Source: Anaerolineae bacterium (GTDB lineage Bacteria; Chloroflexota; Anaerolineae; Epilineales; JAHCIE01). Taken from it: a DNA stretch of 64,000 nt. The position numbers and the translations under genes are program-made. The notes under the pieces are model-generated. The model was not told the origin of the DNA. It saw only the letters and a list, made by a program, of their open reading frames with translations, and made no database searches. Each line of letters begins with the position of its first letter. The first letter of the stretch is position 1. This document shows, in pieces, positions 1-9,319 of this stretch. The DNA is taken from NCBI GenBank assembly GCA_034431435.1, contig DAOUDG010000016.1, positions 70,574 through 134,573 on the forward strand. Direction: 5' to 3'.

Positions 1-2
1 TC

Positions 3-773
3 GTGCTGGAGAAGGCGTCGCGGGCCAAGATCGCCCAGATTCTGATGTACGGTCCGCGCCTGCGCGCCGTGCAGGGTCTGGGCGTGGACCGCGACGTAGA
101 GATTCAGACCTTCGCCAACGTCCTCGACCTGTGCGACCGCCACAACTGGATGATGCTGGTCACGGCCCGCAAGTTCAGCCCCTTCGGTATGGAGGGCTGC
201 AAGACCATCGCCTACGAGATCTGCGACCAGTTGGGGCGTGCGCCCGATGTGGTCTACGTGCCGGTCGGCGGGGGCGGCTTGCTGAGCAGCGTGTGGAAGG
301 GCTTCCAGGAGTGGGCAGCGCTGGGGCTGACCGACGGCCTGCCGCGCCTGGTGGCCGTGCAGGGCGAGGGCTGCGCGCCCGTGGTGGACGCCTACGCAGC
401 GGGGCGCGACGTGGAACCCATCGCCGCCTGCCACGGCACGATTTCGGGCCTGCAACTGGCCGCCCCGCCGGACGGGCAACTCGCGCTGCGCGCGGTGCGC
501 GAATCGGGGGGCTGGGCCATCGCCGCACCCGATCCCGACACCTACCGAGTGCATGGCGAACTCGCCGCGCGGGAGGGGCTGTTCGTCGAGCCAGCGGCGG
601 CCATCGTGGCGGCGGCAGTGGAACTCGACCGGGCGGCGGGCCGCCTCCACGGCGACGAGACGGTGGTATGCCTGCTGACAGGCATCGGCTTCAAGGTGAT
701 GGATGCCGTCAGCCGCGCGACGGAGACCGTCGAGATCCCACTGATTCGCGCCGAGGACATCCCAACCCTGTGA
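3..773 (+). CDS. Threonine synthase-family PLP-dependent enzyme, 5' end cut by the window edge
   Basis: Frame runs from the window start. Protein shows threonine-synthase-like PLP-fold motifs (GMEGCKTIAYEI, VPVGGGGLLS). Stop TGA at 771-773 lies inside the RBS GAGGAGG of the next gene. Confidence 0.55.
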   Translation: MLEKASRAKIAQILMYGPRLRAVQGLGVDRDVEIQTFANVLDLCDRHNWMMLVTARKFSPFGMEGCKTIAYEICDQLGRAPDVVYVPVGGGGLLSSVWKGFQEWAALGLTDGLPRLVAVQGEGCAPVVDAYAAGRDVEPIAACHGTISGLQLAAPPDGQLALRAVRESGGWAIAAPDPDTYRVHGELAAREGLFVEPAAAIVAAAVELDRAAGRLHGDETVVCLLTGIGFKVMDAVSRATETVEIPLIRAEDIPTL

Positions 774-782
774 GGAGGCGGC

Positions 783-2264
783 ATGCCGCGTATCGCCCTG
801 GGGGGCATCGTCCACGAGACCCACACCTTCGCGCCGACCGTCACGGGGCTGGCGGCCTTCGAGGACTACTTCCTCATCGAGGGCGACGCCATCCTCGACG
901 CCATGCGGGGCACGCGCACGCCTCTGGGCGGCGAGATTGCCGCGCTGGACGCCTTCGGCTACGAGATTGTGCCGCTGCTGTGGGCGACCGCGATGCCGTC
1001 GGGGCTGGTGACGGCGGAGGCGTGGGCCACGCTGCGTGACCGACTGCTGGCGCGACTGCGCGGGGCGGGGCCGGTGGACGGGGCGCTGCTGGCGCTGCAC
1101 GGCGCGATGGCCACCGAAGGCGCGAACGACCCCGAAGGCGAGCTTCTGCTTGCCATCCGCGACATTGTCGGGCCGGACGCGCCCATCGTATCGGCCCTGG
1201 ACATGCACGGCAACCTGAGCCAGGCGGCCGTGGACGCCGCCGACGCCCTGGTGGCCTTCGACACCAACCCCCACCTGGACACCTACGAGCGGGGGCGGGA
1301 GGCGGGCGACATCCTGCGCCGCATGGTCGAGGCGGGCCTGCGCACGGCCCGCGCCCTGCGCCGACCGCCGCTGCTGCTGAGCGCGCTGGCAACCTGGACG
1401 GAGCGCGCGCCACTGGCCCCGGTCCACACCCGCGCCCAGGCGATGGAGCAGGATCCGCGGGTGGTGGTCATCAGCGTCATGGGCGGCTTTGCCTACGCTG
1501 ACACGCCCCACACCGGGATGAGCGTTGCCGTCATCACCGACGGCGATCAGGCTCTTGCCGACCACTACGCCGAGGAGTTGGCCGACATCGCCTGGCAGCA
1601 TCGCGCGGCGGCGGCCTACAAGGGCGAACCCGTCGCCGACGCGGTGCGTCGCGCGATGGCCGCCCCACGCGGGCCGGTCATCCTGGCCGACGTGGCCGAC
1701 AACATCGGCGGCGGCAGTCCGGGCGACGGCACGGTCATCCTGCGCGCCCTGCTCGACGCCGACGCCCAGGACGCGGTCGTGGTCATCGCCGACACCGAGG
1801 CCGTGGCCCAGGCGTGGGCGGCGGGAGTCGGGGCGACCGTCGCGCTGACGGTGGGCGGCAAGACCGACCGCCAGCACGGCGCGCCGGTCCAGGTAGCGGG
1901 CGTGGTCGAGGGACTGACCGATGGCCGCTTCACGAACGAGGGAATCAACCACTTCTCGCAACTGTACGGTCACGAGATTCACATGGGGCCGTGCGCCGTC
2001 GTGCGCGTCGGCGGGGTACGCATCCTGCTCACGACGCGCCGCACGCCGCCGGGCGACCTGGCCCAACTACGCAGCCAGGGCATCGCGCCCGAAGCGCAGC
2101 GCATCATCGTCGTCAAGTCGCCGGTGGCGTTCCGTGGCGCGTACCAGCCCATCGCCGCCGAGATCATCGAGGTCGATACGCCGGGCCTGGTCACGGCCGA
2201 CCTGACGACCTTCGAGTACCGCCACCTGCCCCGCCCAATCTACCCCCTCGATCCCCTGGACTAG
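783..2264 (+). CDS. M81 family metallopeptidase, MlrC-like (DUF1485 N-domain + MlrC C-domain)
   Basis: 493-aa ORF. N-terminal MPRIALGGIVHETHTF is typical of DUF1485/MlrC proteins. RBS GAGGAGG 5 nt upstream of ATG 783. Confidence 0.6.
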   Translation: MPRIALGGIVHETHTFAPTVTGLAAFEDYFLIEGDAILDAMRGTRTPLGGEIAALDAFGYEIVPLLWATAMPSGLVTAEAWATLRDRLLARLRGAGPVDGALLALHGAMATEGANDPEGELLLAIRDIVGPDAPIVSALDMHGNLSQAAVDAADALVAFDTNPHLDTYERGREAGDILRRMVEAGLRTARALRRPPLLLSALATWTERAPLAPVHTRAQAMEQDPRVVVISVMGGFAYADTPHTGMSVAVITDGDQALADHYAEELADIAWQHRAAAAYKGEPVADAVRRAMAAPRGPVILADVADNIGGGSPGDGTVILRALLDADAQDAVVVIADTEAVAQAWAAGVGATVALTVGGKTDRQHGAPVQVAGVVEGLTDGRFTNEGINHFSQLYGHEIHMGPCAVVRVGGVRILLTTRRTPPGDLAQLRSQGIAPEAQRIIVVKSPVAFRGAYQPIAAEIIEVDTPGLVTADLTTFEYRHLPRPIYPLDPLD

Positions 2265-2292
2265 CCGCCGCGAGTGGCGAGAGGAGGCGACG

Positions 2293-3633
2293 TTGCCGGC
2301 CCCATCTATCGTCGTTGTTGGCGCGGGCATGGGAGGGCTGGTCGCCGCTCTTCAGGCGCAGACCCTCGGCGCGCGGGTGACGCTGCTGGAGAAAGGCCCG
2401 ACGCCCGGCGGCTCGCTGGCCCTGTCGGGGGGCACGCTGTGGTGCGCCCGCGACTACGACGATCTGCGCCGCCTCGTGCCGCGCGGCGACCCCGACCTGG
2501 GCCGGGCGCTCGTCGACGACTTCGCGGCGGGCGTCGAGTGGCTGCGCGGCCAGGGCGCAACCCCCACGCCGCTGCCATCGCCACCGGACCGCCGCGTCTA
2601 CTGGCTGGAACCAGGGCCGCCCGCCTTCGTCGCCCAGATGGTTGACCGCCTCCGCGCGGCCGGCGGCGCGCTGGTGATGAACGCGGCAGCGGCTGACCTC
2701 CGCCTGTCCTACAACGGGCGGGTGTCGGGGCTGCGCGCCCGCGTGAATGGCGGCGTCCAGAGCTACGACGCCGACGCGGTCATCCTGGCAAGCGGCGGAT
2801 TCCAGGCCAACCCGGAGATGCGGGCGCGCTACTTTGGGCCGTGGTCCGACCGCCTCGTGCTGCGCAGCAACGCGCACAGCACGGGCGACGGCTTCCACAT
2901 GGCGACGGCCATCGGCGCGCTGCCCAGCGCGGCCCTGGGCAGCTTCTACGGCCACCTCATGCCCGGCCCACCCGCCGCCGTGCCCGCCGACGACTTTATC
3001 GCCTACACCCAGTATCACAGCGGGCAGGCCGTGCTGCTCAACGCGCACGGTGAGCGCTTCACCGACGAGTCCCAGGGCGACGAGACCAACAACCAGGCGG
3101 TGCTGCGCCAGCCGGAGGCGCGCGCGGCGCTGGTCTACGATGACGTCGTGTACCGCGCCTTTGCCGTGCGCCCTGCCGGCGGTGGGGCGCGGGCCAGCGA
3201 CACATTCTACGAGGCCCAGGCCCTCGGCGCACCGGCCGCGACCGCTGACAGCCTGGCGGCCCTGACCGACGCGATGCAGGCGTGGGGTTACCACGCGCCG
3301 ACGGCTCTGGCGACGCTGGAGGAGTACAACGCGGCGGTGCGAGAGGGGCGGGCCGACCGGCTGCGCGTCCCGCGCCGCACCACCGCCAATCCCCTCACCA
3401 CGCCCCCCTTCTACGCCCTCGGCGTCGCGCCGGCCATCACCTTCACCCTGGGCGGGTTGCGCATCGACAGGGACGCGCGCGTGCTGGCTCGTGATGGGCA
3501 ACCCATCCCAGGGCTGTACGCCGTCGGCGCAGACACCGGCGGTATCTACAACGAGCAATACGCGGGTGGGCTGTGCCTGGGCCTCGTTTTCGGCCGCCGG
3601 GCGGCAGTTCACGCTGTGACAGGGGAGAGATAG
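2293..3633 (+). CDS. FAD-dependent oxidoreductase (FAD_binding_2, fumarate reductase/KstD-like flavoprotein)
   Basis: N-terminal dinucleotide fold VVVGAGMGGLVAALQA...LLEKG. TTG start at 2293 with RBS GAGGAGG at 2281-2287. C-terminal GADTGGIYNE is typical of this flavoprotein family. Confidence 0.6.
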   Translation: MPAPSIVVVGAGMGGLVAALQAQTLGARVTLLEKGPTPGGSLALSGGTLWCARDYDDLRRLVPRGDPDLGRALVDDFAAGVEWLRGQGATPTPLPSPPDRRVYWLEPGPPAFVAQMVDRLRAAGGALVMNAAAADLRLSYNGRVSGLRARVNGGVQSYDADAVILASGGFQANPEMRARYFGPWSDRLVLRSNAHSTGDGFHMATAIGALPSAALGSFYGHLMPGPPAAVPADDFIAYTQYHSGQAVLLNAHGERFTDESQGDETNNQAVLRQPEARAALVYDDVVYRAFAVRPAGGGARASDTFYEAQALGAPAATADSLAALTDAMQAWGYHAPTALATLEEYNAAVREGRADRLRVPRRTTANPLTTPPFYALGVAPAITFTLGGLRIDRDARVLARDGQPIPGLYAVGADTGGIYNEQYAGGLCLGLVFGRRAAVHAVTGER

Positions 3634-3634
3634 T

Positions 3635-4636
3635 ATGGCCCGCATCGAGCCGCTGGCGACTGTAGCCGTGGAGGCCTTCGACGTGCGGGATCTGGCGCAC
3701 GGGGCGAAACATTACCTGGCGCTAGACATCGCACCGCTGCCGGGTGGCGAGGAGTTGCGCTTGCCGCTGTTGGCCGCCGTCGGCGCGGAGCCGGGGCCAA
3801 CGGTGGTCGTGCTGGCGGGCGTCCACGGCGACGAGTACGAGGGGATGCTGGTCATCCCGCAGGTCTTCGCCGACCTGGACCCGACCGCGCTGCGGGGCCG
3901 GGCGCTGATGGTCCCGGTATGCAACGTGCCCGCCTTTGTGACCGCGCAACGCTCCAGCCCCATCGACGGCCTGAATCTGGCGCGGGTGTTCCCCGGCGAT
4001 CCCCACGGGACCATCACGCAGCGCATCGCCTACTGGCTGGGGCGCAAGGTCATTGCCGAGGCAGACCTGCTCATCGACCTGCACAGTGCGGGCCTGGCTT
4101 ACCACATTCCAACCCTGGTCGGCTATTACCACGCCGATACCGAGGCGGGGCGGGCATCCCAGCGGGTCGCCCGCCACTTCGGCGTCGATGTGCTGTGGGG
4201 CCATCCCGACGTGGCGGCGGGTCGGACCGTCTCCTTCGCCACCGAGCGCGGTATTCCCTGGGTGTATACGGAAGCGCCGGGGGCCGGCCGGGCGCGGTCT
4301 GAGGACGTGGCGGCCTTCACGCGGGGGGTGCGGAACAGCCTGCGGGTGATGGGCTTGCTTGAAGGCACAGTGGAGCCTGTGACACCCACGCATCATCTGC
4401 TAGGGTCAGGCGACCTGGACCGGTCGATTGCCGCCAACGCGGGCGGCCTGTTCGTGCCGGCCGTGGCGCTGCTGGACGACGTGCGGGCGGGGGACGTGCT
4501 GGGGGAGGTGCGCGACCCGCTGGGCCGCGCTCTGGAGGTCGTGCGCGCCCCCACGCCGGGTGTGGTCATCAGCATGCGCGGCCTGCTGCGCGTTCATCCC
4601 GGCGACGGCCTCTTCGCCCTGACAGGGCGGGCGTAG
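3635..4636 (+). CDS. Succinylglutamate desuccinylase/aspartoacylase (AstE/AspA) family zinc deacylase
   Basis: 333 aa with a GVHGDEYEG zinc-binding motif and M14-like fold features. ATG 3635 immediately follows the stop of the upstream gene (TAG 3631-3633). Confidence 0.6.
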   Translation: MARIEPLATVAVEAFDVRDLAHGAKHYLALDIAPLPGGEELRLPLLAAVGAEPGPTVVVLAGVHGDEYEGMLVIPQVFADLDPTALRGRALMVPVCNVPAFVTAQRSSPIDGLNLARVFPGDPHGTITQRIAYWLGRKVIAEADLLIDLHSAGLAYHIPTLVGYYHADTEAGRASQRVARHFGVDVLWGHPDVAAGRTVSFATERGIPWVYTEAPGAGRARSEDVAAFTRGVRNSLRVMGLLEGTVEPVTPTHHLLGSGDLDRSIAANAGGLFVPAVALLDDVRAGDVLGEVRDPLGRALEVVRAPTPGVVISMRGLLRVHPGDGLFALTGRA

Positions 4637-4646
4637 CCGAAGCTCG

Positions 4647-5507
4647 TCACGGCGTGCCGCTCGCCAGGGTCTGTTGCAGGCGGGACCAGTCGGCGAGGGT
4701 GAGGGTCTCGGCGCGGCGGGTGGGGTCGATGCCCGCTGCGCGCAGGGCCGCGTCGATATCGGCCGCCGGGCGGCGCAGGCCCTGGCTCAGCGAGTTGCGC
4801 AGCTGCTTGCGCTTCTGCCCGAAACCCGCCCGCGTCACCGCGAAGAAGCCCGCCACATCCGTCACGCCCTCGGCCGGCTGCGGGTAGACGTCGAGGCGCA
4901 CGATGGCCGAGTCGACCTTTGGCGGCGGGTAGAACGCGCCGGCCGGCACGCGGGCGACGATGCGCGGCGCGCCAAACAGTTGCACGCTGACCGCCAGCAG
5001 GCTCATGTCCGGCGGCCGGGCAACGATGCGCTCGGCCACCTCGCGTTGCACCAGCACGACGACCCGCGTCGGCGGGAGGGACGCCTCCAGGATGTGGCGC
5101 AGGACGGCGGAGGTGATGTAGTAGGGCAGGTTGGCAACGACCTTGTAGCGAGTCGCGCCGCGACTCGTGACCAGGTCGCGCAGGTCGGTCTGGAGAATGT
5201 CGCCCTGGACGACCTCGACCGCTCGCCCCGGCGTCACCTCGGCGCGCAGCAGGTCCACCATGCGCCCGTCCAGCTCGACGGCGATGACGCGCCCTGCCGC
5301 GTCGGCTAACTTGCGGGTCAGCGGACCGGGGCCGGGGCCAATCTCGACCACCGTGTCGTCGGAAGTCAGCTCGGCAGCGGCCACAATCTTGTCGAGCGCG
5401 GCGTGGTCCAGCAGGAAGTGCTGGCCCAGGCTCTTCCTGGCCCACAGGCCGTGGCGTTTGAGGAGGGCGGGCAGACTTTCGCGGTCCATGAGGTGGTGGG
5501 GAATCAA
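4647..5507 (-). CDS. rsmA: 16S rRNA (adenine1518-N6/adenine1519-N6)-dimethyltransferase RsmA/KsgA
   Basis: 286 aa. SAM motif VVEIGPGPGPLT, and KVVANLPYYITS is the RsmA/Erm hallmark. Confidence 0.85.
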   Translation of the reverse strand: MIPHHLMDRESLPALLKRHGLWARKSLGQHFLLDHAALDKIVAAAELTSDDTVVEIGPGPGPLTRKLADAAGRVIAVELDGRMVDLLRAEVTPGRAVEVVQGDILQTDLRDLVTSRGATRYKVVANLPYYITSAVLRHILEASLPPTRVVVLVQREVAERIVARPPDMSLLAVSVQLFGAPRIVARVPAGAFYPPPKVDSAIVRLDVYPQPAEGVTDVAGFFAVTRAGFGQKRKQLRNSLSQGLRRPAADIDAALRAAGIDPTRRAETLTLADWSRLQQTLASGTP

Positions 5508-5509
5508 TC

Positions 5510-5661
5510 GGCCCAGGGACTTATCTCGGTAATCGTGACCAAGGCTACCTGAGTCACCCAGCGGTGGCTGCTTACGGCTGCTCCCTTCCGGTCCTGACCG
5601 GGTTCACAGGCCGCTGCCGCTCAGGGCCCCCGTCCGTATTACCGAGATAAGCGCCTGGGCC
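5510..5661 (-). ncRNA. ffs: Signal recognition particle RNA (4.5S RNA, ffs)
   Basis: Minus-strand transcript contains CCCGGUCAGGACCGGAAGGGAGCAGCCGUAAGCAG, matching the universally conserved SRP domain IV core (GGUCAGGUCCGGAAGGAAGCAGCC). The termini pair (GGCCCAGG...CUUAUCUCGGUAAU with AUUACCGAGAUAAG...CCUGGGCC), giving the long closing helix of SRP RNA. Not detectable from the ORF track. Confidence 0.75.
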
Positions 5662-5665
5662 GATG

Positions 5666-5756
5666 TGGCGGAGAGGGGGGGATTTGAACCCCCGAGGGCT
5701 TTTGACCCAACACGATTTCCAGTCGTGCGCACTAGACCAGACTATGCGACCTCTCC
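5666..5756 (-). tRNA. tRNA-Ser (anticodon GGA), encoded CCA, long variable arm
   Basis: Reverse complement reads GGAGAGGTCGCATAGTCTGGTCTAGTGCGCACGACTGGAAATCGTGTTGGGTCAAAAGCCCTCGGGGGTTCAAATCCCCCCCTCTCCGCCA. Anticodon loop CTGGAAA, long extra arm, T-loop GGTTCAAATCC. Confidence 0.85.
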
Positions 5757-5849
5757 GTGGCGATGGCGCGCTCAATTATAGGCCGTGGACGCCGCTGCGT
5801 CAATCCATCGTCCGCCTGGCACTCATTCGACGCCTGGGTGTGACCCGTC

Positions 5850-6728
5850 TTACGCGGTCGGCGCGTCTGTGACGGGTCGCGTCGCTTCGAAGTCGGCGCG
5901 CTCCGCGCTCACGTCCACCTCGGGCATATGCTGTTCCACCACACGGAGCGTCTCGCCGATGAGGCTGTCGAGAACCGCGACGGCCTCGGCGGGCGGCCGG
6001 CGGAAGACGTCGGCCAGCCGCGCCGCCAGGTTGGGCGGGGCGATGGTCAGCTCGGCGGCCAGGCGATTCATCCAGCGGAAGCCCAGGTGTGGCAGGTAGA
6101 CGCGGTTCAAACCCATCAGGCTGAGCAGGATCGCCTTCTCGGCCTGCACGAAGTCGTCGTACAGGAGCAGGCGGTCGTCGCGGTATAGCATCTTCTGGCG
6201 CGCCCAGCGCGAGCGGAAGCCCAGATGCTCGCGGACCATCGCCTCCGCCAGGCCGTCGGGGTAGTCGGCGACCACCGCCCGCCACGCTGCGATGAGGTCG
6301 CCGCCGTGCAGGGGCAGGGCGTACTGGATGATGGCGATGAGGTCCTGCTTGACCAGCGCGGTATCGTAGCCCTCCACCACATCAGCCAGCCATTGCTCCG
6401 TCGCGACCACCAGGCGGTGGCTGACCTGGAACTCGATGCCCGCCACATGGACATCGTCCGACCACTCGGCGTTCTCGTCGTCATAGGGGTACAGGGTGGT
6501 GAGCGTGCCGACCTGGGCCGCGGCTGCGCGGCGCGCCTCATCGCGCGGCGCAGCGTCCCAGAAGACGGTCATTTCCACGTCGGAGAAGCGGTCGGCCCAA
6601 CCCCGTGCCACCGACCCGGCCAGTAGCACGGCCCGCACCCCCGGCAGGGCCGCGTAGGCGGGTGCGACACACTCCGCCAGGGCCAGCCGCCAGGCGCAGG
6701 CAGAATTGCGGTCGGCACGCTCGGCCAT
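5850..6728 (-). CDS. Nucleotidyltransferase-domain protein (Pol-beta-like NTase plus C-terminal helical domain)
   Basis: LLAGSVARGWADRFSDVEMTVF resembles the minimal NTase fold motif GS...D.E. Start ATG at 6728 overlaps the TGA of the upstream GNAT gene (TGATG), suggesting translational coupling. The track ORF extends to 6743. Confidence 0.5.
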   Translation of the reverse strand: MAERADRNSACAWRLALAECVAPAYAALPGVRAVLLAGSVARGWADRFSDVEMTVFWDAAPRDEARRAAAAQVGTLTTLYPYDDENAEWSDDVHVAGIEFQVSHRLVVATEQWLADVVEGYDTALVKQDLIAIIQYALPLHGGDLIAAWRAVVADYPDGLAEAMVREHLGFRSRWARQKMLYRDDRLLLYDDFVQAEKAILLSLMGLNRVYLPHLGFRWMNRLAAELTIAPPNLAARLADVFRRPPAEAVAVLDSLIGETLRVVEQHMPEVDVSAERADFEATRPVTDAPTA

Positions 6729-8083
6729 CAGTTGAGGCACCACACGTCAGACAGGGCCTTGGGGAACAGGACATCGGTCAGGACCCGCGCCGCCTGGCTA
6801 TCGGGGTAGCAGTCGGCGTAGGCCGCCTCGACTTCATCCAGCGAGCGGTAGCCAAACAACACCTGAAGGAAGGTCAGGTTTGGGAAGCGCACGTCACCCC
6901 CCTCCTCGCGCGACGGCTGCCAGGCCTCGACATGGCTCAGCCGGCCGTGCTCGAAGGTCAGGCACACCCCGCCGCGAAAGAAGCTGATGCGCAGGTCGCC
7001 GCTATGCCCGGCCGCGACGGAGGCGGCCAGCCGCGCTTCCAGGACAGGGCGGATGTGCAGCAGGAACCCCGCCACATCGGGGACGCGCATGTAGTAGGCG
7101 TAGGGCGCGCTGACACGTGGCAGGCGGTTGCCCAGAACGGTATACACCGGGTGGTCGCTGCCCAGCCAGAAGCCGAAGGACTGCATCGGCTGCCCGCCGC
7201 GTCTCGCCGCCAGCGCCTCGCCCGCCGCCCACAGGTAGCGGATGACCGACGGCGTGACGGCCAGCCACGACACACCCGGCTTGACTTCGTAGAGTTGCGC
7301 GGCGCACATGTCGCCCCACAGCCGCGGCGCGTGACCGACAAAGCCGACCCGCTGCCCGTCGGGGGTCTCAATGGCGCACCAGTCAAGGCGACCGCCGCTC
7401 TGCTCGCTCATGCCCAGCAACTCATAGCGCCAGATGTCCGCATCGCGCGGGCAACTGACCAGGTAGCGGCGCTGGCTGGCTGCGTACAGGTCATGGATGA
7501 AGGGCAAGTCGTCGACCGTCGCCGGGCGCACCCGATACGGCTCGGCCTCGCCGTCGCGCAGGCGTGGCACGTGGGAGACGTAGCCCGCCCGGCCACCGCC
7601 CAGCCCCAGGGCCAGGTCATAGCCGAACTGGCGGTAGTAGAAGGGGATGCCCGTGATGGCCTGGGCCAGATGGCCGCGCGCCGCGCTCCAGGCATGGACC
7701 ACCTCCATCTGGCGGCGCACCAGGCCGCGCCGCCGATACTCAGGCAGCGTACCCACCAATTCGACGCGGCCGACGCCGAAGGGAATATCGCCATAGGTCC
7801 ACGTCTGGGGGATGAGGTTCAGCGACGAGACAATGGTCCCGCTGTGGCGGTCTTCGACCAGGGTGAAGTCGTCGGGGCGCAGGGTGGGGTGGGGGCGGGT
7901 CAACAAATCGTGGGTCCATACGCCGGCCGCGATATCCGGCTCCGACGAGCCGGGGTTGCGGTGAATCTCGGCGTTGAAGGCCGCCAGCGCCGTCGCGTCG
8001 GACGCTCGGCCGCGCCTCAAGAGCAGGCCGTCGCCCAGGTCGCGCAAGATGTCGTGGTCAGTTGCGTGGCTCATACTGTCCAT
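6728..8083 (-). CDS. GNAT family N-acetyltransferase, Eis-like three-domain architecture
   Basis: 451 aa. N-terminal GNAT signature (RRRGLVRRQMEVVHAWSAARG), then a second GNAT-like domain and a C-terminal SCP2-like region, as in Eis acetyltransferases. Confidence 0.55.
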   Translation of the reverse strand: MDSMSHATDHDILRDLGDGLLLRRGRASDATALAAFNAEIHRNPGSSEPDIAAGVWTHDLLTRPHPTLRPDDFTLVEDRHSGTIVSSLNLIPQTWTYGDIPFGVGRVELVGTLPEYRRRGLVRRQMEVVHAWSAARGHLAQAITGIPFYYRQFGYDLALGLGGGRAGYVSHVPRLRDGEAEPYRVRPATVDDLPFIHDLYAASQRRYLVSCPRDADIWRYELLGMSEQSGGRLDWCAIETPDGQRVGFVGHAPRLWGDMCAAQLYEVKPGVSWLAVTPSVIRYLWAAGEALAARRGGQPMQSFGFWLGSDHPVYTVLGNRLPRVSAPYAYYMRVPDVAGFLLHIRPVLEARLAASVAAGHSGDLRISFFRGGVCLTFEHGRLSHVEAWQPSREEGGDVRFPNLTFLQVLFGYRSLDEVEAAYADCYPDSQAARVLTDVLFPKALSDVWCLN

Positions 8084-8095
8084 CCCCAGATGCGC

Positions 8096-9319
8096 CTAGC
8101 CGAAACGGGCCGGGTCGAAGGGCGACATGTCGCGGTCAGGGCCGCCACCGCACAACCACAGCGCCATCTGACGGCCCGCCTCGGCGGCAAAGGGCATGCC
8201 GTGGCCGGTGCAGCCCGCCGCCACCCACACGCCGCGCTCCAGTGGGCCAATGAGCGGGTTCGCGTCGGGCGTGAAGCCCATGACGCCACCCCAGCGATAG
8301 GCGACTGGCGCATCGGCCAGGGCAGGGAAGTTCTCGGCGGCGAAGCTGTCCAGGGCCGCCTGCACTTCCGCCCGCAGCGCGTTCGACCGGTAGCCGCGCT
8401 CGGCGTCGGCGGCGACGCGGCGCATCCCGCCCAGCGCCCACGTCCCGTCGGCCGTCTGCTGCCAATACTCGCCGCCCGCGTTGGCCGACCACGCGCCAGG
8501 GAAGACCCGCTGCGCCAGCGGGGCCGTCGCCCGCATCTGGCCGCGCACCGGCTCGATGACGCCCGCCAGGCCAGGGTAGACGCTGCCTGTATAGGCGTTC
8601 GTCGTCAGCACCACCTCATCGGCCCGGATGTCGCCCTGGTCGGTTTGCACCACCCCGCCGCGCACGTCGGCCACCGCGACCCCCTGGGCCACCCGCGCCC
8701 CATGACGGACGGCGGCCCTCGCTACCCCCCGCACCAGCCTGCCGGAGTGCAGCACGCCACCCCGTGGATTGAACCGTGCCCCGCGCCACGCCAGGGCCAG
8801 CGGCGTCCCGACCCGCGCCTGAAGTGTGTCGCGGTCGAGCCAGTCCAGGGCGAAGCCGTCGCGTGCCAGTTGCTCGACGGCCGCCTGATGGGCGGCCGCC
8901 TCCTCGGCCGATAGGGCGGCGGTATAGCTGCCCTCGGCGCGGAACTGGGCGTCGATGCCCTCCTCCGCCAGCAGGGCGCGCAGGCCCGCCGCGCCATCCT
9001 CGGTAAAGGCCCACACGGCGCGCGCCGCGTCCGCCCCCTGCTGCGCGCGAGTGGCCAGGTAATCCTCGGTTGTACCGGGCGACAGGATACCCGCGTTGCG
9101 CCCGGTCGCGCCGCTCGCCAGGTCGCCGCGCTCCACCAGGAGCACGTCAGCCCCCACGCGAGCCAGATGCAGCGCGGCGCACGCGCCGAACACGCCGCCG
9201 CCCACTACGACCACCTGGGCACGGTCGGGCAGCGGCGCATCGGCCGCGACGGCGGGGGCCGTCGCCAGCCAATAGGAGAGGGGGTTATCGTCGTTGTAGG
9301 TCGTCATAGCGGGAAGCAT
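8096..9319 (-). CDS. FAD-dependent oxidoreductase (DAO family: glycine/D-amino-acid oxidase or sarcosine oxidase beta-like)
   Basis: VVVVGGGVFGACAALHLARVGADVLLVERGD Rossmann motif. Real start likely ATG 9319 or 9307; the track ORF extends to 9445. Confidence 0.65.
   Translation of the reverse strand: MLPAMTTYNDDNPLSYWLATAPAVAADAPLPDRAQVVVVGGGVFGACAALHLARVGADVLLVERGDLASGATGRNAGILSPGTTEDYLATRAQQGADAARAVWAFTEDGAAGLRALLAEEGIDAQFRAEGSYTAALSAEEAAAHQAAVEQLARDGFALDWLDRDTLQARVGTPLALAWRGARFNPRGGVLHSGRLVRGVARAAVRHGARVAQGVAVADVRGGVVQTDQGDIRADEVVLTTNAYTGSVYPGLAGVIEPVRGQMRATAPLAQRVFPGAWSANAGGEYWQQTADGTWALGGMRRVAADAERGYRSNALRAEVQAALDSFAAENFPALADAPVAYRWGGVMGFTPDANPLIGPLERGVWVAAGCTGHGMPFAAEAGRQMALWLCGGGPDRDMSPFDPARFG

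Noticed and set aside
131-1039. 302-aa ORF (and many similar 60-180-aa ORFs) rich in Arg/Gly/Pro/Ala, overlapping real genes in other frames
   Set aside because: Composition is typical of out-of-frame translation of >68% GC DNA. They lack RBS/start context and overlap better-supported genes. This applies to most short ORFs in the track.
2191-3645. 484-aa minus-strand ORF antisense to the FAD oxidoreductase gene
   Set aside because: Low-complexity R/G/A/P-rich translation. The opposite strand encodes a protein with clear FAD-binding motifs.
6605-8914. 769-aa plus-strand ORF spanning the GNAT and DAO-oxidoreductase loci
   Set aside because: Antisense to two well-supported minus-strand genes. 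Arg/Ala/Gly-dominated sequence with no recognisable motifs.
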